Assembly: GCA_042570305.1 (NCBI GenBank)
Contig: JBHPGP010000002.1
Location: 4,024 to 68,023 of the forward strand
Length of the DNA stretch: 64,000 nucleotides
Direction of reading: 5' to 3'
DNA from: Candidatus Omnitrophota bacterium
GTDB taxonomy: Bacteria > Omnitrophota > Gorgyraeia > Gygaellales > JAHJCI01
Part shown: piece after piece, positions 45,603 to 55,044 of the stretch
Position numbering within the stretch: position 1 is the stretch's first letter
Layout of the letters: each line of letters opens with the position of its first letter
Translations under genes and position numbers: made by a program
Notes under the pieces: model-generated
Seen by the model: only the letters and a program-made list of their open reading frames with translations
Databases searched by the model: none
What the model was told of the DNA's origin: nothing

Positions 45603-46555
45603 TGAACAACGCCCTAAAGAATATTTTTGGTATTTTCGTTGTCCTGGCCATTTTAGCGATTCTTGCATTTATGAGCGGCCTTGTCTTTACCATCGATGAA
45701 ACTAAGCAGGTGGTGATTACCCAGTTTGGCAGGCCTGTTGGAAAACCGATTACTGAGACAGGGCTGCACTTTAAAACACCCTTAATCCAGGTGGCAAATT
45801 ATTTCGAGAAGCGCATTCTGCAGTGGGACGGCGACCCCAATCAAATTCCTACCAGGGACAAAAAGTATATCTGGGTGGATGCTTACGCTCGTTGGAAGAT
45901 TTCCGACGCATTGGTATTTTTGCAGTCAGTCGGCACTGAGTTTAATGCCCATGCCAGGCTCGATGACATTATCAATTCCGCGACCCGCGATGTAATTACC
46001 GCGCATTTGCTGGTTGAGACAATCAGGGATACCAACCGGATACTGGAAATAGAAGAAACAGATATCGATGTTTCGCTTGCCGAAGAAGCGCTGGAGCGTA
46101 TTGAGGTAGGGCGTAATACATTAGAAAGTTTGATATTGGAGAAGGCAAGTAAGCTCGCTCCCCAATACGGAATCGAGCTGGTTGACGTGCGCATCAAGCG
46201 TATCAATTATGTCAGGGATGTCAGGGATAAAGTCTATGACCGGATGATTGCCGAAAGAAAGCGCGCTGCTGAGAGATACCGCTCGGAAGGCCAGGGAAAG
46301 TCAGCGGAAATTTCCGGGCAGTTAGCCAAGGAATTGAAACTGATTACCTCCGATGCTTACCGTAAGGCGCAGGTAATTATGGGAGAGGCAGACGCCGAGG
46401 CGGTCACCATTTACGGACAGGCTTACAAGCAGGACCCTGATTTTTATTCATTTGTCAAGACGCTGGAAACATATCAAGGCACAATTGACGAGAATTCCAC
46501 GATAATCCTGACCACTGACGCAGACTATTATAAGTATCTTAAGGGCATCAAATAG
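45602..46555 (+). CDS. hflC: FtsH protease modulator HflC (SPFH/band-7)
   Basis: TM + SPFH domain (TIDETKQVVITQFGRPVG...GLHFKTPLIQ). Start overlaps the hflK stop. Confidence 0.85.
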   Translation: MNNALKNIFGIFVVLAILAILAFMSGLVFTIDETKQVVITQFGRPVGKPITETGLHFKTPLIQVANYFEKRILQWDGDPNQIPTRDKKYIWVDAYARWKISDALVFLQSVGTEFNAHARLDDIINSATRDVITAHLLVETIRDTNRILEIEETDIDVSLAEEALERIEVGRNTLESLILEKASKLAPQYGIELVDVRIKRINYVRDVRDKVYDRMIAERKRAAERYRSEGQGKSAEISGQLAKELKLITSDAYRKAQVIMGEADAEAVTIYGQAYKQDPDFYSFVKTLETYQGTIDENSTIILTTDADYYKYLKGIK

Positions 46556-46585
46556 CCTGCCCTGTGAGATAAGGTAGCGAGGCAG

Positions 46586-47149
46586 ATGGCAAAGGGATAC
46601 CGGTTTTTAATTGTTTTTTTGGCGACGGCCGCCATATTCAGCACTGCAAAGTATATCCAGTTAGCCTGGGAGAAGCGGCAGCTGCTAAGCAATGTAGAGC
46701 AGATATGGAACAAGATATCATTCCTGGAACAGGAAAGAGACGGCTTAAATCAGGAATTGAAAGAAAAGGGTCTGCTTGAGGTTTATTTAGCCACGGCAGA
46801 GGATCAAGTTACTCAGATTAATAGCAAGCTGATTGAAGCGAAAAATACGATTATTGAGCTTCAGCTTGGTATGGCCGAATTAAAAGGGGAAAAGGAAAAA
46901 ATCAGTCAGGAAGCGGCCATGCTGCGCAGCGAAAAGGCGTGGCTGGAAAGAAGATTTCATTCGGTCAGGGAATTAAAGAAAGCAATCAAGGAAATAAAAA
47001 GAGAGATGCATTTTGTAAAAAGCGATGTGCGTAGCAGGATAGAGTCACTCGCTACGCTTGGAGGAAACCGCGGCTATCTGGTCAAAGACGGGAAATCCAC
47101 TTATAAAAAGAAGGTTAATATAAGGGTATTGCCGGTTACTCAAGAGTAG
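46586..47149 (+). CDS. Hypothetical coiled-coil protein with N-terminal TM anchor
   Basis: N-terminal hydrophobic segment followed by heptad-rich sequence. No motif recognised. Confidence 0.4.
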   Translation: MAKGYRFLIVFLATAAIFSTAKYIQLAWEKRQLLSNVEQIWNKISFLEQERDGLNQELKEKGLLEVYLATAEDQVTQINSKLIEAKNTIIELQLGMAELKGEKEKISQEAAMLRSEKAWLERRFHSVRELKKAIKEIKREMHFVKSDVRSRIESLATLGGNRGYLVKDGKSTYKKKVNIRVLPVTQE

Positions 47150-47211
47150 CCGCCAGTCCGCAAGTCACTCTCCCTGAAACCTAAGCTCACAACTTAAAAA
47201 ACGGAGGATAA

Positions 47212-49314
47212 ATGCCAGGTTTTGATCTTTTACTGCTTGTCCCTTTGGGTGCTGTTTTGGCGCTTTGTTTTGCTGGCCTGTTGGTCTTAAGCATATTAAG
47301 GTTTGATGAAGGCACAGAGAAGATGAAGGAGATTGCCCTGGCAGTAAAGGTTGGGGCAAGGGCCTATCTTAAGAGGCAGAACAGCATTGTCGCAATATTC
47401 TTCGGCATTGTATTCCTGGTTCTCTTGTTTATGGCTTTGCGCGGCTACCTTGTAATGTTCGTGCCTTTTGCTTTTCTGTCGGGTGGCTTTTTTTCCGGGC
47501 TTGCCGGCTTTGTCGGCATGACCGTGGCTACCAATTCTTCCAGTCGCACGGCCAATGCGGCAAGAAACAGCCTGAATTCCGGACTGCGCGTGGCTTTTTC
47601 CAGTGGAGCGGTGATGGGTCTGGTAGTAGTAGGCTGCGGCCTGCTGCATTTATCTATCTGGTACTATCTGCTTGACTGGTATTATTCAACGCATGCCTTG
47701 CCAATGGGAATGGAGAAGCTGATGGTGATTACGAATACATTACTTTGTTCTGGAATGGGGGCAAGTTTTGTTGCCTTGTTTGCCAGGGTTGGCGGAGGGA
47801 TTTTTACCAAAGCAGCTGATGTGGGAGCTGATTTGGTTGGAAAGATTGAGGCAGGGATTCCCGAAGATGATCCGCGTAATCCCGCGGTAATCGCGGATAA
47901 CGTCGGAGATAATGTCGGAGACGTGGCAGGCATGGGCGCTGACCTTTACGAATCATACATCGGCTCGATTGTGGCTACGGCTGCCTTAGGGGTGGCTAGC
48001 GGCTTTGGGGTGAAGGGCGTGTGGCTGCCGATGCTGATTGCAGCTTCAGGAGTGCTGGCAGCGATTATCGGCAGTTTTTTTGTGCGTAGTAAAGAAGATG
48101 CCAAACAGAGTGTTTTGCTGGCTGCTTTACGCAGGGGCATATTCATAAGCTCAGGACTGGTTGCTTTGCTTTCATATTTTTGTGTCCGTTTCCTGTTTGG
48201 CGATGGGGGTATGGGGATTTATTTTTCTGTGCTTTTGGGTTTAGGCTCAGGTTTGCTCATCGGGCTGTCTACCGAATATTTTACCTCAAGCAGTTTTCGG
48301 CCTACGCGCCTGATTGCCGATGCATCTCAGACCGGACCCGCCACAGTGATTATCGCAGGAATAGCCACAGGGATGTTCTCTACTTTTTTCCCTGTATTTG
48401 TCGTGGGCCTGGTTGTCCTGGCGAGTTATTTCTTAAGCGGCGGTGCGAGTAATTTTGACAGCGGGCTTTACGGAGTGGGAATTGCCGCAGTAGGAATGCT
48501 TTCTACTTTGGGAATTACCCTGGCTACTGACGCTTACGGCCCGGTAGCGGATAATGCAGGGGGTAACGCGGAAATGGCAGGGTTGGGACCGGAAATACGC
48601 AGGAGAACCGATGCCTTGGATACCCTTGGCAATACCACCGCTGCTACCGGCAAGGGTTTTGCTATTGGCTCGGCAGCCTTGACTGCCTTGGCATTAATCG
48701 CTGCTTACCGGCAGCAGATTGCAAGTCTGGGAGCTGAACTTAATCTCAGCCTGCTTAATCCCAATGTACTGGTAGGTTTGTTTTTTGGTGCAATGCTGCC
48801 TTTTCTTTTCAGCTCTATGACCCTGCAGGCAGTAGGCAGGGCAGCCGGCTCAATCATTAAGGAAGTAAGAAGGCAATTTGCGGAAATCACCGGCATTATG
48901 GAAGGCAAGGCAAAGCCGGATTATGCCCGTTGCGTGAGCATAGTCACCGGCGCCGCACAAAAAGAGATGATTCTGCCTTCTTTAACCGCAATCATTGCCC
49001 CGATTCTGGTTGGCTTGTTAATCGGGGTAGAGGCAGTGGTTGGGTTGCTGGCCGGAGCAACGGTTTCCGGATTTGTGTTGGCAGTAATGATGGCCAATTC
49101 AGGCGGCTCCTGGGACAATGCCAAGAAATTCATCGAAGAAGGCAATCTAGGAGGCAAGGGCTCGCCTGCGCATAAAGCATCAGTGGTCGGAGATACCGTA
49201 GGAGACCCTTTTAAGGATACATCAGGCCCCAGCCTGAATATTCTGATTAAGCTGATGTCCATGGTTTCCATAGTCTTTGCCGCCTTTATCCTCACCTACA
49301 CCCTCTTCAAATAA
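47212..49314 (+). CDS. hppA: Membrane-bound proton/sodium-translocating pyrophosphatase
   Basis: [41 protein letters not shown] and C-terminal [15 protein letters not shown] signatures. 700 aa, about 16 TM helices. Confidence 0.9.
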   Translation: MPGFDLLLLVPLGAVLALCFAGLLVLSILRFDEGTEKMKEIALAVKVGARAYLKRQNSIVAIFFGIVFLVLLFMALRGYLVMFVPFAFLSGGFFSGLAGFVGMTVATNSSSRTANAARNSLNSGLRVAFSSGAVMGLVVVGCGLLHLSIWYYLLDWYYSTHALPMGMEKLMVITNTLLCSGMGASFVALFARVGGGIFTKAADVGADLVGKIEAGIPEDDPRNPAVIADNVGDNVGDVAGMGADLYESYIGSIVATAALGVASGFGVKGVWLPMLIAASGVLAAIIGSFFVRSKEDAKQSVLLAALRRGIFISSGLVALLSYFCVRFLFGDGGMGIYFSVLLGLGSGLLIGLSTEYFTSSSFRPTRLIADASQTGPATVIIAGIATGMFSTFFPVFVVGLVVLASYFLSGGASNFDSGLYGVGIAAVGMLSTLGITLATDAYGPVADNAGGNAEMAGLGPEIRRRTDALDTLGNTTAATGKGFAIGSAALTALALIAAYRQQIASLGAELNLSLLNPNVLVGLFFGAMLPFLFSSMTLQAVGRAAGSIIKEVRRQFAEITGIMEGKAKPDYARCVSIVTGAAQKEMILPSLTAIIAPILVGLLIGVEAVVGLLAGATVSGFVLAVMMANSGGSWDNAKKFIEEGNLGGKGSPAHKASVVGDTVGDPFKDTSGPSLNILIKLMSMVSIVFAAFILTYTLFK

Positions 49315-49315
49315 A

Positions 49316-49400
49316 TACCCCTTCTTAAGGGACACCCTTTTTGCTGTTCGAGGGACACCCTTTTAGCTAATCGGCAGGGTGTCCCTTGTAGGGTTTAATA
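49316..49400. repeat. REP-like palindromic elements (GGGACACCC core), three copies
   Basis: aagggacaccctt, gagggacacccttttagctaa and the inverted agggtgtccctt. The last two form a hairpin. Confidence 0.65.
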
Positions 49401-49931
49401 TATAACTTCAGGTTGGCTTAAAATACTAAAAGCATTATCTGAAAACATTCTCTCTTGCCAGCTACTCCATGAATAACCTCCAGGGGAAGAGGCCAAACTT
49501 GCCCTGACTGGATTTAATTCTATATATTTCAGGCAATCTATAAGATATTTGTCTTTCTGGATTACCATACTTTTGAATCTACCTTGCCATAAACGCCCCA
49601 CCTTATTATATTTATTGTTGAACCAGGAAGTATAAGTTTGAGTTAAGCCCTGCATTATTTTAGCAAGGTCATTAGTTTTTTTAATATCAATAATTAAATG
49701 GATATGATTAGGCATTAGGCAGTAAGCGTACAATTTAAATTTGTATCTGTTTTTGTAATGTTTACATATTTCCAAGTATTTTTCAAAATCTGCGCCTTCT
49801 ATAAAGATTTTTTGTTTTTGGTTACCACGATTGATAATATGGTAACAGGCATTTTCTAAAAGCATTCTTTTGGTTCTCGGCATATTTATCACCTCCTGCT
49901 TAAATAGACGAAGAAGAGCAGAATTTCTCAC
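49395..49931 (-). mobile_element. IS200/IS605-like Y1 (HuH) transposase, REP-associated tyrosine transposase (RAYT) type
   Basis: 178 aa with HuH motif (PNHIHLII) and a conserved N-terminal YHIINRGN block. Flanked on both sides by inverted GGGACACCC REP elements. The downstream copy ttagctaaaagggtgtccc is the exact reverse complement of the upstream gggacacccttttagctaa. Confidence 0.75.
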
Positions 49932-49944
49932 AAAATTTTTGCAA

Positions 49945-50015
49945 TTGGGGACACCCTTGTATTCAGCTAAAAGGGTGTCCCTGCTTTGGGTGAAAGGGTG
50001 TCCCTAAAATTTTGG
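49945..50015. repeat. REP-like elements (three copies, inverted relative to 49316-49400)
   Basis: ggggacaccctt, aaaagggtgtccc, aagggtgtccct. Confidence 0.65.
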
Positions 50016-50062
50016 AAAAAAGGTTGGATTCCCTGCATTATTTCATGGTATAATTATTCGCT

Positions 50063-50674
50063 ATGAGTGAACGAGCATTTATCCAAAGGTGCCTTAAGCA
50101 TGAGAAGGCGGCCTGGGATGAATTCGTGGATAAGTATTCCCGCCTGATTTACAATTATATCTACAGCGTGTTTAAGATTAAGGGCTTGCGTTTTTCTGCC
50201 GATACGGTAAACGATCTTTTCCAAGAGATCTTCCTTAATTTGACCAAAGATAATTTCAAGAAATTACGTCAGTACAAAGGCAAAAACAACGCCAGTCTTG
50301 CCAGCTGGCTAAGGATCATTACCATAAATTTTTGCCTGGATTATGTAAAGAAAGAAGGAAAGCCAAACCTGTCTCTGGAAGAGAAGCTAAATGAGGAGGG
50401 TTTTTCTTTAAAGGATATCCTGGCTGACAATAACATGCAAGCCAGGGAATTGCTCAACAACCAGGAAAAGATACAGCTTCTTTCCGAGTGCATCGAAAGG
50501 CTAAGTAATGACGACAAATATTTTCTAGAAATGCATATTTATCAGGGGGTGAACCTAAGGGATTTACGGGTTAATCTGGGTATTTCCCGCAGTGCGGTGG
50601 ATATGCGCAAACTGCGACTGATTGAGAAGCTCAGGGATTGTTTCAGGGATAAGGGATTTCAGTTAGAATCTTAA
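50063..50674 (+). CDS. ECF-type RNA polymerase sigma factor (sigma-70 regions 2 and 4)
   Basis: Region 2 DLFQEIFLNLTKD...SWLRIITINFCLDY. Region 4 HTH LRDLRVNLGISRSAVDMRKLRLIEKLR. Confidence 0.8.
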   Translation: MSERAFIQRCLKHEKAAWDEFVDKYSRLIYNYIYSVFKIKGLRFSADTVNDLFQEIFLNLTKDNFKKLRQYKGKNNASLASWLRIITINFCLDYVKKEGKPNLSLEEKLNEEGFSLKDILADNNMQARELLNNQEKIQLLSECIERLSNDDKYFLEMHIYQGVNLRDLRVNLGISRSAVDMRKLRLIEKLRDCFRDKGFQLES

Positions 50675-50704
50675 GGTTCGCTCGTCTATTGTTATTGGGG
50701 AGTT

Positions 50705-51400
50705 ATGAGAAAAATTAAAGAGGTAATCAGGATGGTTTACGGATTCTATCGCAAAAGGCAAGACCGCGGGGACTCTCCCTGCCCGGACGAAGAAATGCTG
50801 GCTTGTTTTTCTGAGGGCAAGCTCTCAAAGAGCGAATCAAAAGAGATACAAGGACACCTTCTTTCCTGCAGCCGTTGCGCAGAAGTCGTTTCTTTATTGT
50901 ATCATCGACTTGGAGAGGAAAAGACCGTACCCGAATTTCTTATTCAGAATGCAAAGGGGCTGTTGGCCGGCAGTTCTCCTCCTAATATCCTTAAGGTTAT
51001 TTTGGCCTTGAAAGAAAAGGCGATACAGATTCTGAAAACTAGCGGGGATATTATTCTTGATAACGAGATAATGCCTTTGCCGGTTCTGCGCAGCCGAAAG
51101 ATAAGCGATTTTACCGAGGATGTAAAGCTGATTAAGAAATCAGGAGATTTAGAAATCAGCATGCTTATCCAAAAACAAGATAAGGATAGAGTAAGGCTCA
51201 ATTTGAACCTGCTGGATAAAGCGAGCCTTTTGCCTGCAGAAGGGTTGCGCCTCACGCTATTTAGAAACGGGGAGGAAACCGAATCCTATGAGGCTGTATT
51301 CGGTAAGGCAATGTTTGATAATCTCGGTATCGGCAGATATGTCATTGAAATATCGCGCCAACAAGATAAATTAGGGACGGTTGATTTGGAGATTAGATAA
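50705..51400 (+). CDS. Putative cytoplasmic anti-sigma factor (zf-HC2 zinc finger N-terminus)
   Basis: CPDEEMLACFSEGKLS...EIQGHLLSCSRCAEV matches the anti-sigma zinc-finger pattern (H..C..C). Immediately follows the ECF sigma gene. No TM helix. Confidence 0.55.
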   Translation: MRKIKEVIRMVYGFYRKRQDRGDSPCPDEEMLACFSEGKLSKSESKEIQGHLLSCSRCAEVVSLLYHRLGEEKTVPEFLIQNAKGLLAGSSPPNILKVILALKEKAIQILKTSGDIILDNEIMPLPVLRSRKISDFTEDVKLIKKSGDLEISMLIQKQDKDRVRLNLNLLDKASLLPAEGLRLTLFRNGEETESYEAVFGKAMFDNLGIGRYVIEISRQQDKLGTVDLEIR

Positions 51401-51402
51401 AC

Positions 51403-53601
51403 ATGCAAGCGCAGAATACCTGGATTCTGGAAATTACCTGCCAGAATAAGCAGCTGAGTATGAGCCTGTACGAAAAAGAGCAGGTTTCCACACTTAAAAC
51501 GATAAGTACCCTCTCTGTGGATTTTGCGAGGATAGGGCGTATAAATAATGAGATAATCGCAATTATAAATAAGGCCAATCAGAGAAGGCTGCCTGATGAT
51601 AATTCCATAGTCGAACTTCAAAAGAATACAAGGCTTCTTTATGAGCTTTTGCTTACGCGTCAGGTTAAGAACAGATTGTCTTCTCTGGGTTCAATAAATT
51701 TACTGCTTTCTCTTGATGAAAGGTTGATTACTCTTCCCTGGGAGCTGCTTTTTGACGGAAAAGATTTCCTCTGTCTCAAGTTTGATCTTGGGCGCAGCAT
51801 CCGTACACAGGCTTTCCCGCTTCAGCCGCAACGGCCTATTATTACAGGCAAGCCGAAGATGCTGATTCTGGTTAATCCTACTGGAGACTTGAGGTCTGCT
51901 TACCGTGAGGGTTTATATATTAAGGAACATTTGAGCAGAAATGATAATATCAGTGTAGATTTTAAATCTCAGGAAATCGATAGCGCTTATTTGTGCAAGA
52001 ACTTACATATTTACGATATCGTTCATTTTGCAGGGCATTGTGAATATGACACCCGTAATCCCGAAGAATCCGGCTGGGTATTGAGTGACGGAATTATCTG
52101 CGCCCGGGATTTTCTTGCTTTGGGTGAAAGCACAGGTTTGCCCAGCATAGTTTTTGTTAACGCCTGCGAATCAGCGCGCACAGCCAGTAATCTTATAAAT
52201 ACAGACATGCAGAACAATATCTACGGATTAGGACAGGCATTTTTATTTGTCGGCGCAAGGCATTATATAGGCAGTTACTGGAATATTGAAGACGGTGCAA
52301 GCCAAGAATTTGCCGAAGAGTTCTATAATCAAATTGCGTCTGGTTGTTCAGTTGGTCAGGCAATAAGGTTAGCACGGCTAAGGCTGTTTAAGCGTAAAGG
52401 CATCTCAACGATTGCCTGGGCAGGGTACGTGCTTTATGGAGACCCCGCGTTTGTTATGTTGTCTAGCGTTTCCAAATCAGCGTTGGCGAAGATGCGATTT
52501 GAGCCACGCATTCCAAAGATTACTAAAAGAAGGGCGGCTATACTTGGTTTGGTTTTGGCGGCCATTGCCTTTAGCTTTGCCCTGGTTAAGATTTTACCAG
52601 CATTTAATCCGCAAGCATCTTTCTTATACTCTCAGGCAGAAGAGCTCTATGCACAGGGGAAGAACTCTAAGGTAATTAGCTTGCTTAGCAGGATTATCTC
52701 TGGAGATTCTCAATACTTGCCTGCATGGAAGTTGCGAGGAGATATGTATTTCCGGTTAGGCAGGTTTTCTGACGCTTTGGCTGATTATTTTGATTATGCC
52801 CGTATTAGCGAGAAAAGCGGCCAGTATAAACATTTAGCTTCTGCTTACATCAAGATCGGCTGGATCTATCATATGTGCGGAGATTACCAAAAGAGCCAAG
52901 AATTTTATCAAAAAGCCTTCAATCTCAGCCGCAAGCATGAGGATAAACTCAATGAGGCTGATGCTATGGCGCGCCTGGCTGTCTGGCATATCGATAAGGG
53001 CGATAATGAAGCCGCCTTTTCTTTATTGATGAAGAGTTCCGAAATCAACCGGCAGAGAAGTAGCGATATCGAACACAGGTTTAATTTAGCCTGCGACTAT
53101 TTCAATATCGGTTTTCTTTATACAGAGAGAGACGATTATGCCGCTGCCAAGGAATTCTACAGGAAGAGTGAAGATATTTTTCAAGGTCTGGGCGAAATTC
53201 CCGAATTAAGCGACTACTACTTTAACATGGGAGAGATAGCGTTATTTGAAAAAAGATATGACTCAGCGTTGGAATTTTATCAAAAGGGTTTGGCTTTGGA
53301 CGAACAACTCGGACACAAATTTAATCTGAGTTCAGACTATTGGATGCTGGGTGAATTCTACTGGGAAACAGGCAAATTGAATCGCGCAGAGAGTTACTTT
53401 AAACAAGGCATCCTCGCCTGCCAGGAGATTAATAATTATCCGGTCTTAGCCGGGATTTACTATGACTTAGGTCTAATGTATAAAGAGATTGGTCAGAGTC
53501 AAAAGGCAAAGAATTTTCTCTCGCTTGCCCTTAAGCTCTACAAGAATATAGACACGCCGGATTACCAGGAAGTCCAGAAGGAATACCTTGCCTTGGAATA
53601 A
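51403..53601 (+). CDS. CHAT-domain (caspase-like) peptidase with one TM helix and C-terminal TPR repeats
   Basis: Caspase-like His/Cys dyad context: HFAGHCEYD...IVFVNACESAR. TM at RRAAILGLVLAAIAFSFALVKIL. At least 6 TPR-like repeats C-terminal. A 3-nt gap from the anti-sigma stop suggests an operon. Confidence 0.75.
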   Translation: MQAQNTWILEITCQNKQLSMSLYEKEQVSTLKTISTLSVDFARIGRINNEIIAIINKANQRRLPDDNSIVELQKNTRLLYELLLTRQVKNRLSSLGSINLLLSLDERLITLPWELLFDGKDFLCLKFDLGRSIRTQAFPLQPQRPIITGKPKMLILVNPTGDLRSAYREGLYIKEHLSRNDNISVDFKSQEIDSAYLCKNLHIYDIVHFAGHCEYDTRNPEESGWVLSDGIICARDFLALGESTGLPSIVFVNACESARTASNLINTDMQNNIYGLGQAFLFVGARHYIGSYWNIEDGASQEFAEEFYNQIASGCSVGQAIRLARLRLFKRKGISTIAWAGYVLYGDPAFVMLSSVSKSALAKMRFEPRIPKITKRRAAILGLVLAAIAFSFALVKILPAFNPQASFLYSQAEELYAQGKNSKVISLLSRIISGDSQYLPAWKLRGDMYFRLGRFSDALADYFDYARISEKSGQYKHLASAYIKIGWIYHMCGDYQKSQEFYQKAFNLSRKHEDKLNEADAMARLAVWHIDKGDNEAAFSLLMKSSEINRQRSSDIEHRFNLACDYFNIGFLYTERDDYAAAKEFYRKSEDIFQGLGEIPELSDYYFNMGEIALFEKRYDSALEFYQKGLALDEQLGHKFNLSSDYWMLGEFYWETGKLNRAESYFKQGILACQEINNYPVLAGIYYDLGLMYKEIGQSQKAKNFLSLALKLYKNIDTPDYQEVQKEYLALE

Positions 53602-53644
53602 AAGGCTTACCTCCAGCATTACTAACTTTAAATTACCTATAGGC

Positions 53645-53730
53645 TTGCGGTTTCCGTTGGGGACACCTTACCGATTGGCTCTGTACCAGGCTTCCGATTG
53701 GCAAAAAGGATGTCCCTTAAGAAGGGGTTG
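53645..53730. repeat. Degenerate REP-like pair (ggggacacc / ggatgtccc) plus ccgattggc direct repeat
   Basis: Imperfect inverted pair related to the GGGACACCC REP core, 50 bp apart. Directly followed by a TTGACA-16-TAGAAT promoter (53728-53755). Confidence 0.35.
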
Positions 53731-53755
53731 ACAGGGATTTTTTATTGCGTAGAAT
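53728..53755 (+). promoter_or_regulatory. Sigma70-type promoter upstream of secreted paralog A
   Basis: ttgaca gggattttttattgcg tagaat. Confidence 0.45.
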
Positions 53756-53818
53756 AATGGTAATAATAAGGTTGAGCAGTCAGTTTAAATAAAGGATTTT
53801 TTAAACGGAGGTGCACAG

Positions 53819-54379
53819 ATGCGTAATGTTCTTATTTTTACAGGGCTGTTTTTAGTCCTGGCAGCAGGTATCTGTCTTGCCCAGGAGGAAGTTACCATCA
53901 CTACCTATTATCCCTCGCCTCACGGCGTGTATGATGAGCTGGAATCAAACAAGGCAGCGGTAGGTGATACCAATGGAGACGGGCAGTTAACTTCTGCTGA
54001 CCTGCCTCCTGAGGACGGACAGCTGCATACTGCAAGGAGCGTTATCTTTGAGCCGCAAACTAGCTTGGCTACAATACAGGCCATGCTTAACCCACAGCAA
54101 GGCGAGTTGGCTTATGCCGCCTCAGAAGACGAGTGGTACTACTACAACGGTGCCGGCTGGACAACACAAGCAGGGGGAGGCAAGGCAGTGATTTCTGTAA
54201 AATGCGGATGGTATACCGTGGGTGGTGCGCATAGTTGTGTTCCTCCCACTTGTCCAGCTGGTTGGACTCCATTGGCACCAGGAGCTACTAGTTGTGCAGA
54301 TATGGGCTCGGCTTATAATTCAAGTGCTAACCAACTGTGGTATGTTGGTTATTGCGAGCGCTGGTGTCAGGAACCGTAA
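53819..54379 (+). CDS. Secreted protein, paralog A: conserved N-terminal domain with EF-hand/dockerin-like loop plus Cys-rich variable C-terminus
   Basis: Signal peptide, then QEEVTITTYYPSPHGVYDELESNKAAVGDTNGDGQLTSADLPPEDGQ..., then a 7-Cys C-terminal region. RBS acggaggtg identical to that of paralog B. Confidence 0.6.
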   Translation: MRNVLIFTGLFLVLAAGICLAQEEVTITTYYPSPHGVYDELESNKAAVGDTNGDGQLTSADLPPEDGQLHTARSVIFEPQTSLATIQAMLNPQQGELAYAASEDEWYYYNGAGWTTQAGGGKAVISVKCGWYTVGGAHSCVPPTCPAGWTPLAPGATSCADMGSAYNSSANQLWYVGYCERWCQEP

Positions 54380-54409
54380 ATTTTTTAGTTGACTAACGGA
54401 GGTGCACAG

Positions 54410-54988
54410 ATGCGTAAGGTTTTTGTTTTTACTGGCCTGTTTCTATTACTGGGAGTAAGTATTGCTTTTGCCCAGGAGGAAGTCACTATTACCACCTATT
54501 ACCCTTCACCCCATGGAGTATATGATGAACTGGAGTCCAACAAGGCAGCGGTAGGTGATACCAATGGCGATGGGCAGCTGACTCAAGCTGATCTGCCTCC
54601 TGAGGATGGACAAATGCACACAGCAAGGAGCGTTATCTTTGAGCCACACGCAGATAAGGCAACTATAGATGCTCTACTTAATCCACAATCAGGCGAGTTA
54701 GCATATGCTGCTGCAGAAGACCAATGGTACTACTATAATGGCGCTCTCTGGACAACACAGGCAGGAGGGGGGAGTTCTTACTATTATACCTATTGTCAGT
54801 GGTTTTGGGCATGTACGGTTGCTGGTGGTTGTGGTGGTAATTTAACGTGTACGCCTCCAAATTGTGATGCTGCAGATACCCCTATTAGCACGGGGTGCGT
54901 ATTTAATGGAGGGTACATTGGTAGTTACGGGGGTACAGAGCGTATGGGCTATGGCGGTCATTGCGTAAGAACCTGCCGCGGAAGTTGA
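54410..54988 (+). CDS. Secreted protein, paralog B (tandem duplicate; divergent 10-Cys C-terminus)
   Basis: N-terminal ~125 aa are about 85% identical to paralog A, then unrelated Gly/Cys/Tyr-rich C-terminus. True start is the ATG at 54410. Confidence 0.6.
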   Translation: MRKVFVFTGLFLLLGVSIAFAQEEVTITTYYPSPHGVYDELESNKAAVGDTNGDGQLTQADLPPEDGQMHTARSVIFEPHADKATIDALLNPQSGELAYAAAEDQWYYYNGALWTTQAGGGSSYYYTYCQWFWACTVAGGCGGNLTCTPPNCDAADTPISTGCVFNGGYIGSYGGTERMGYGGHCVRTCRGS

Positions 54989-55044
54989 TTATTATAAAAA
55001 AAGATTTCCAGACTTTTTCATTAATATTGGATATTGGTTCTCAT

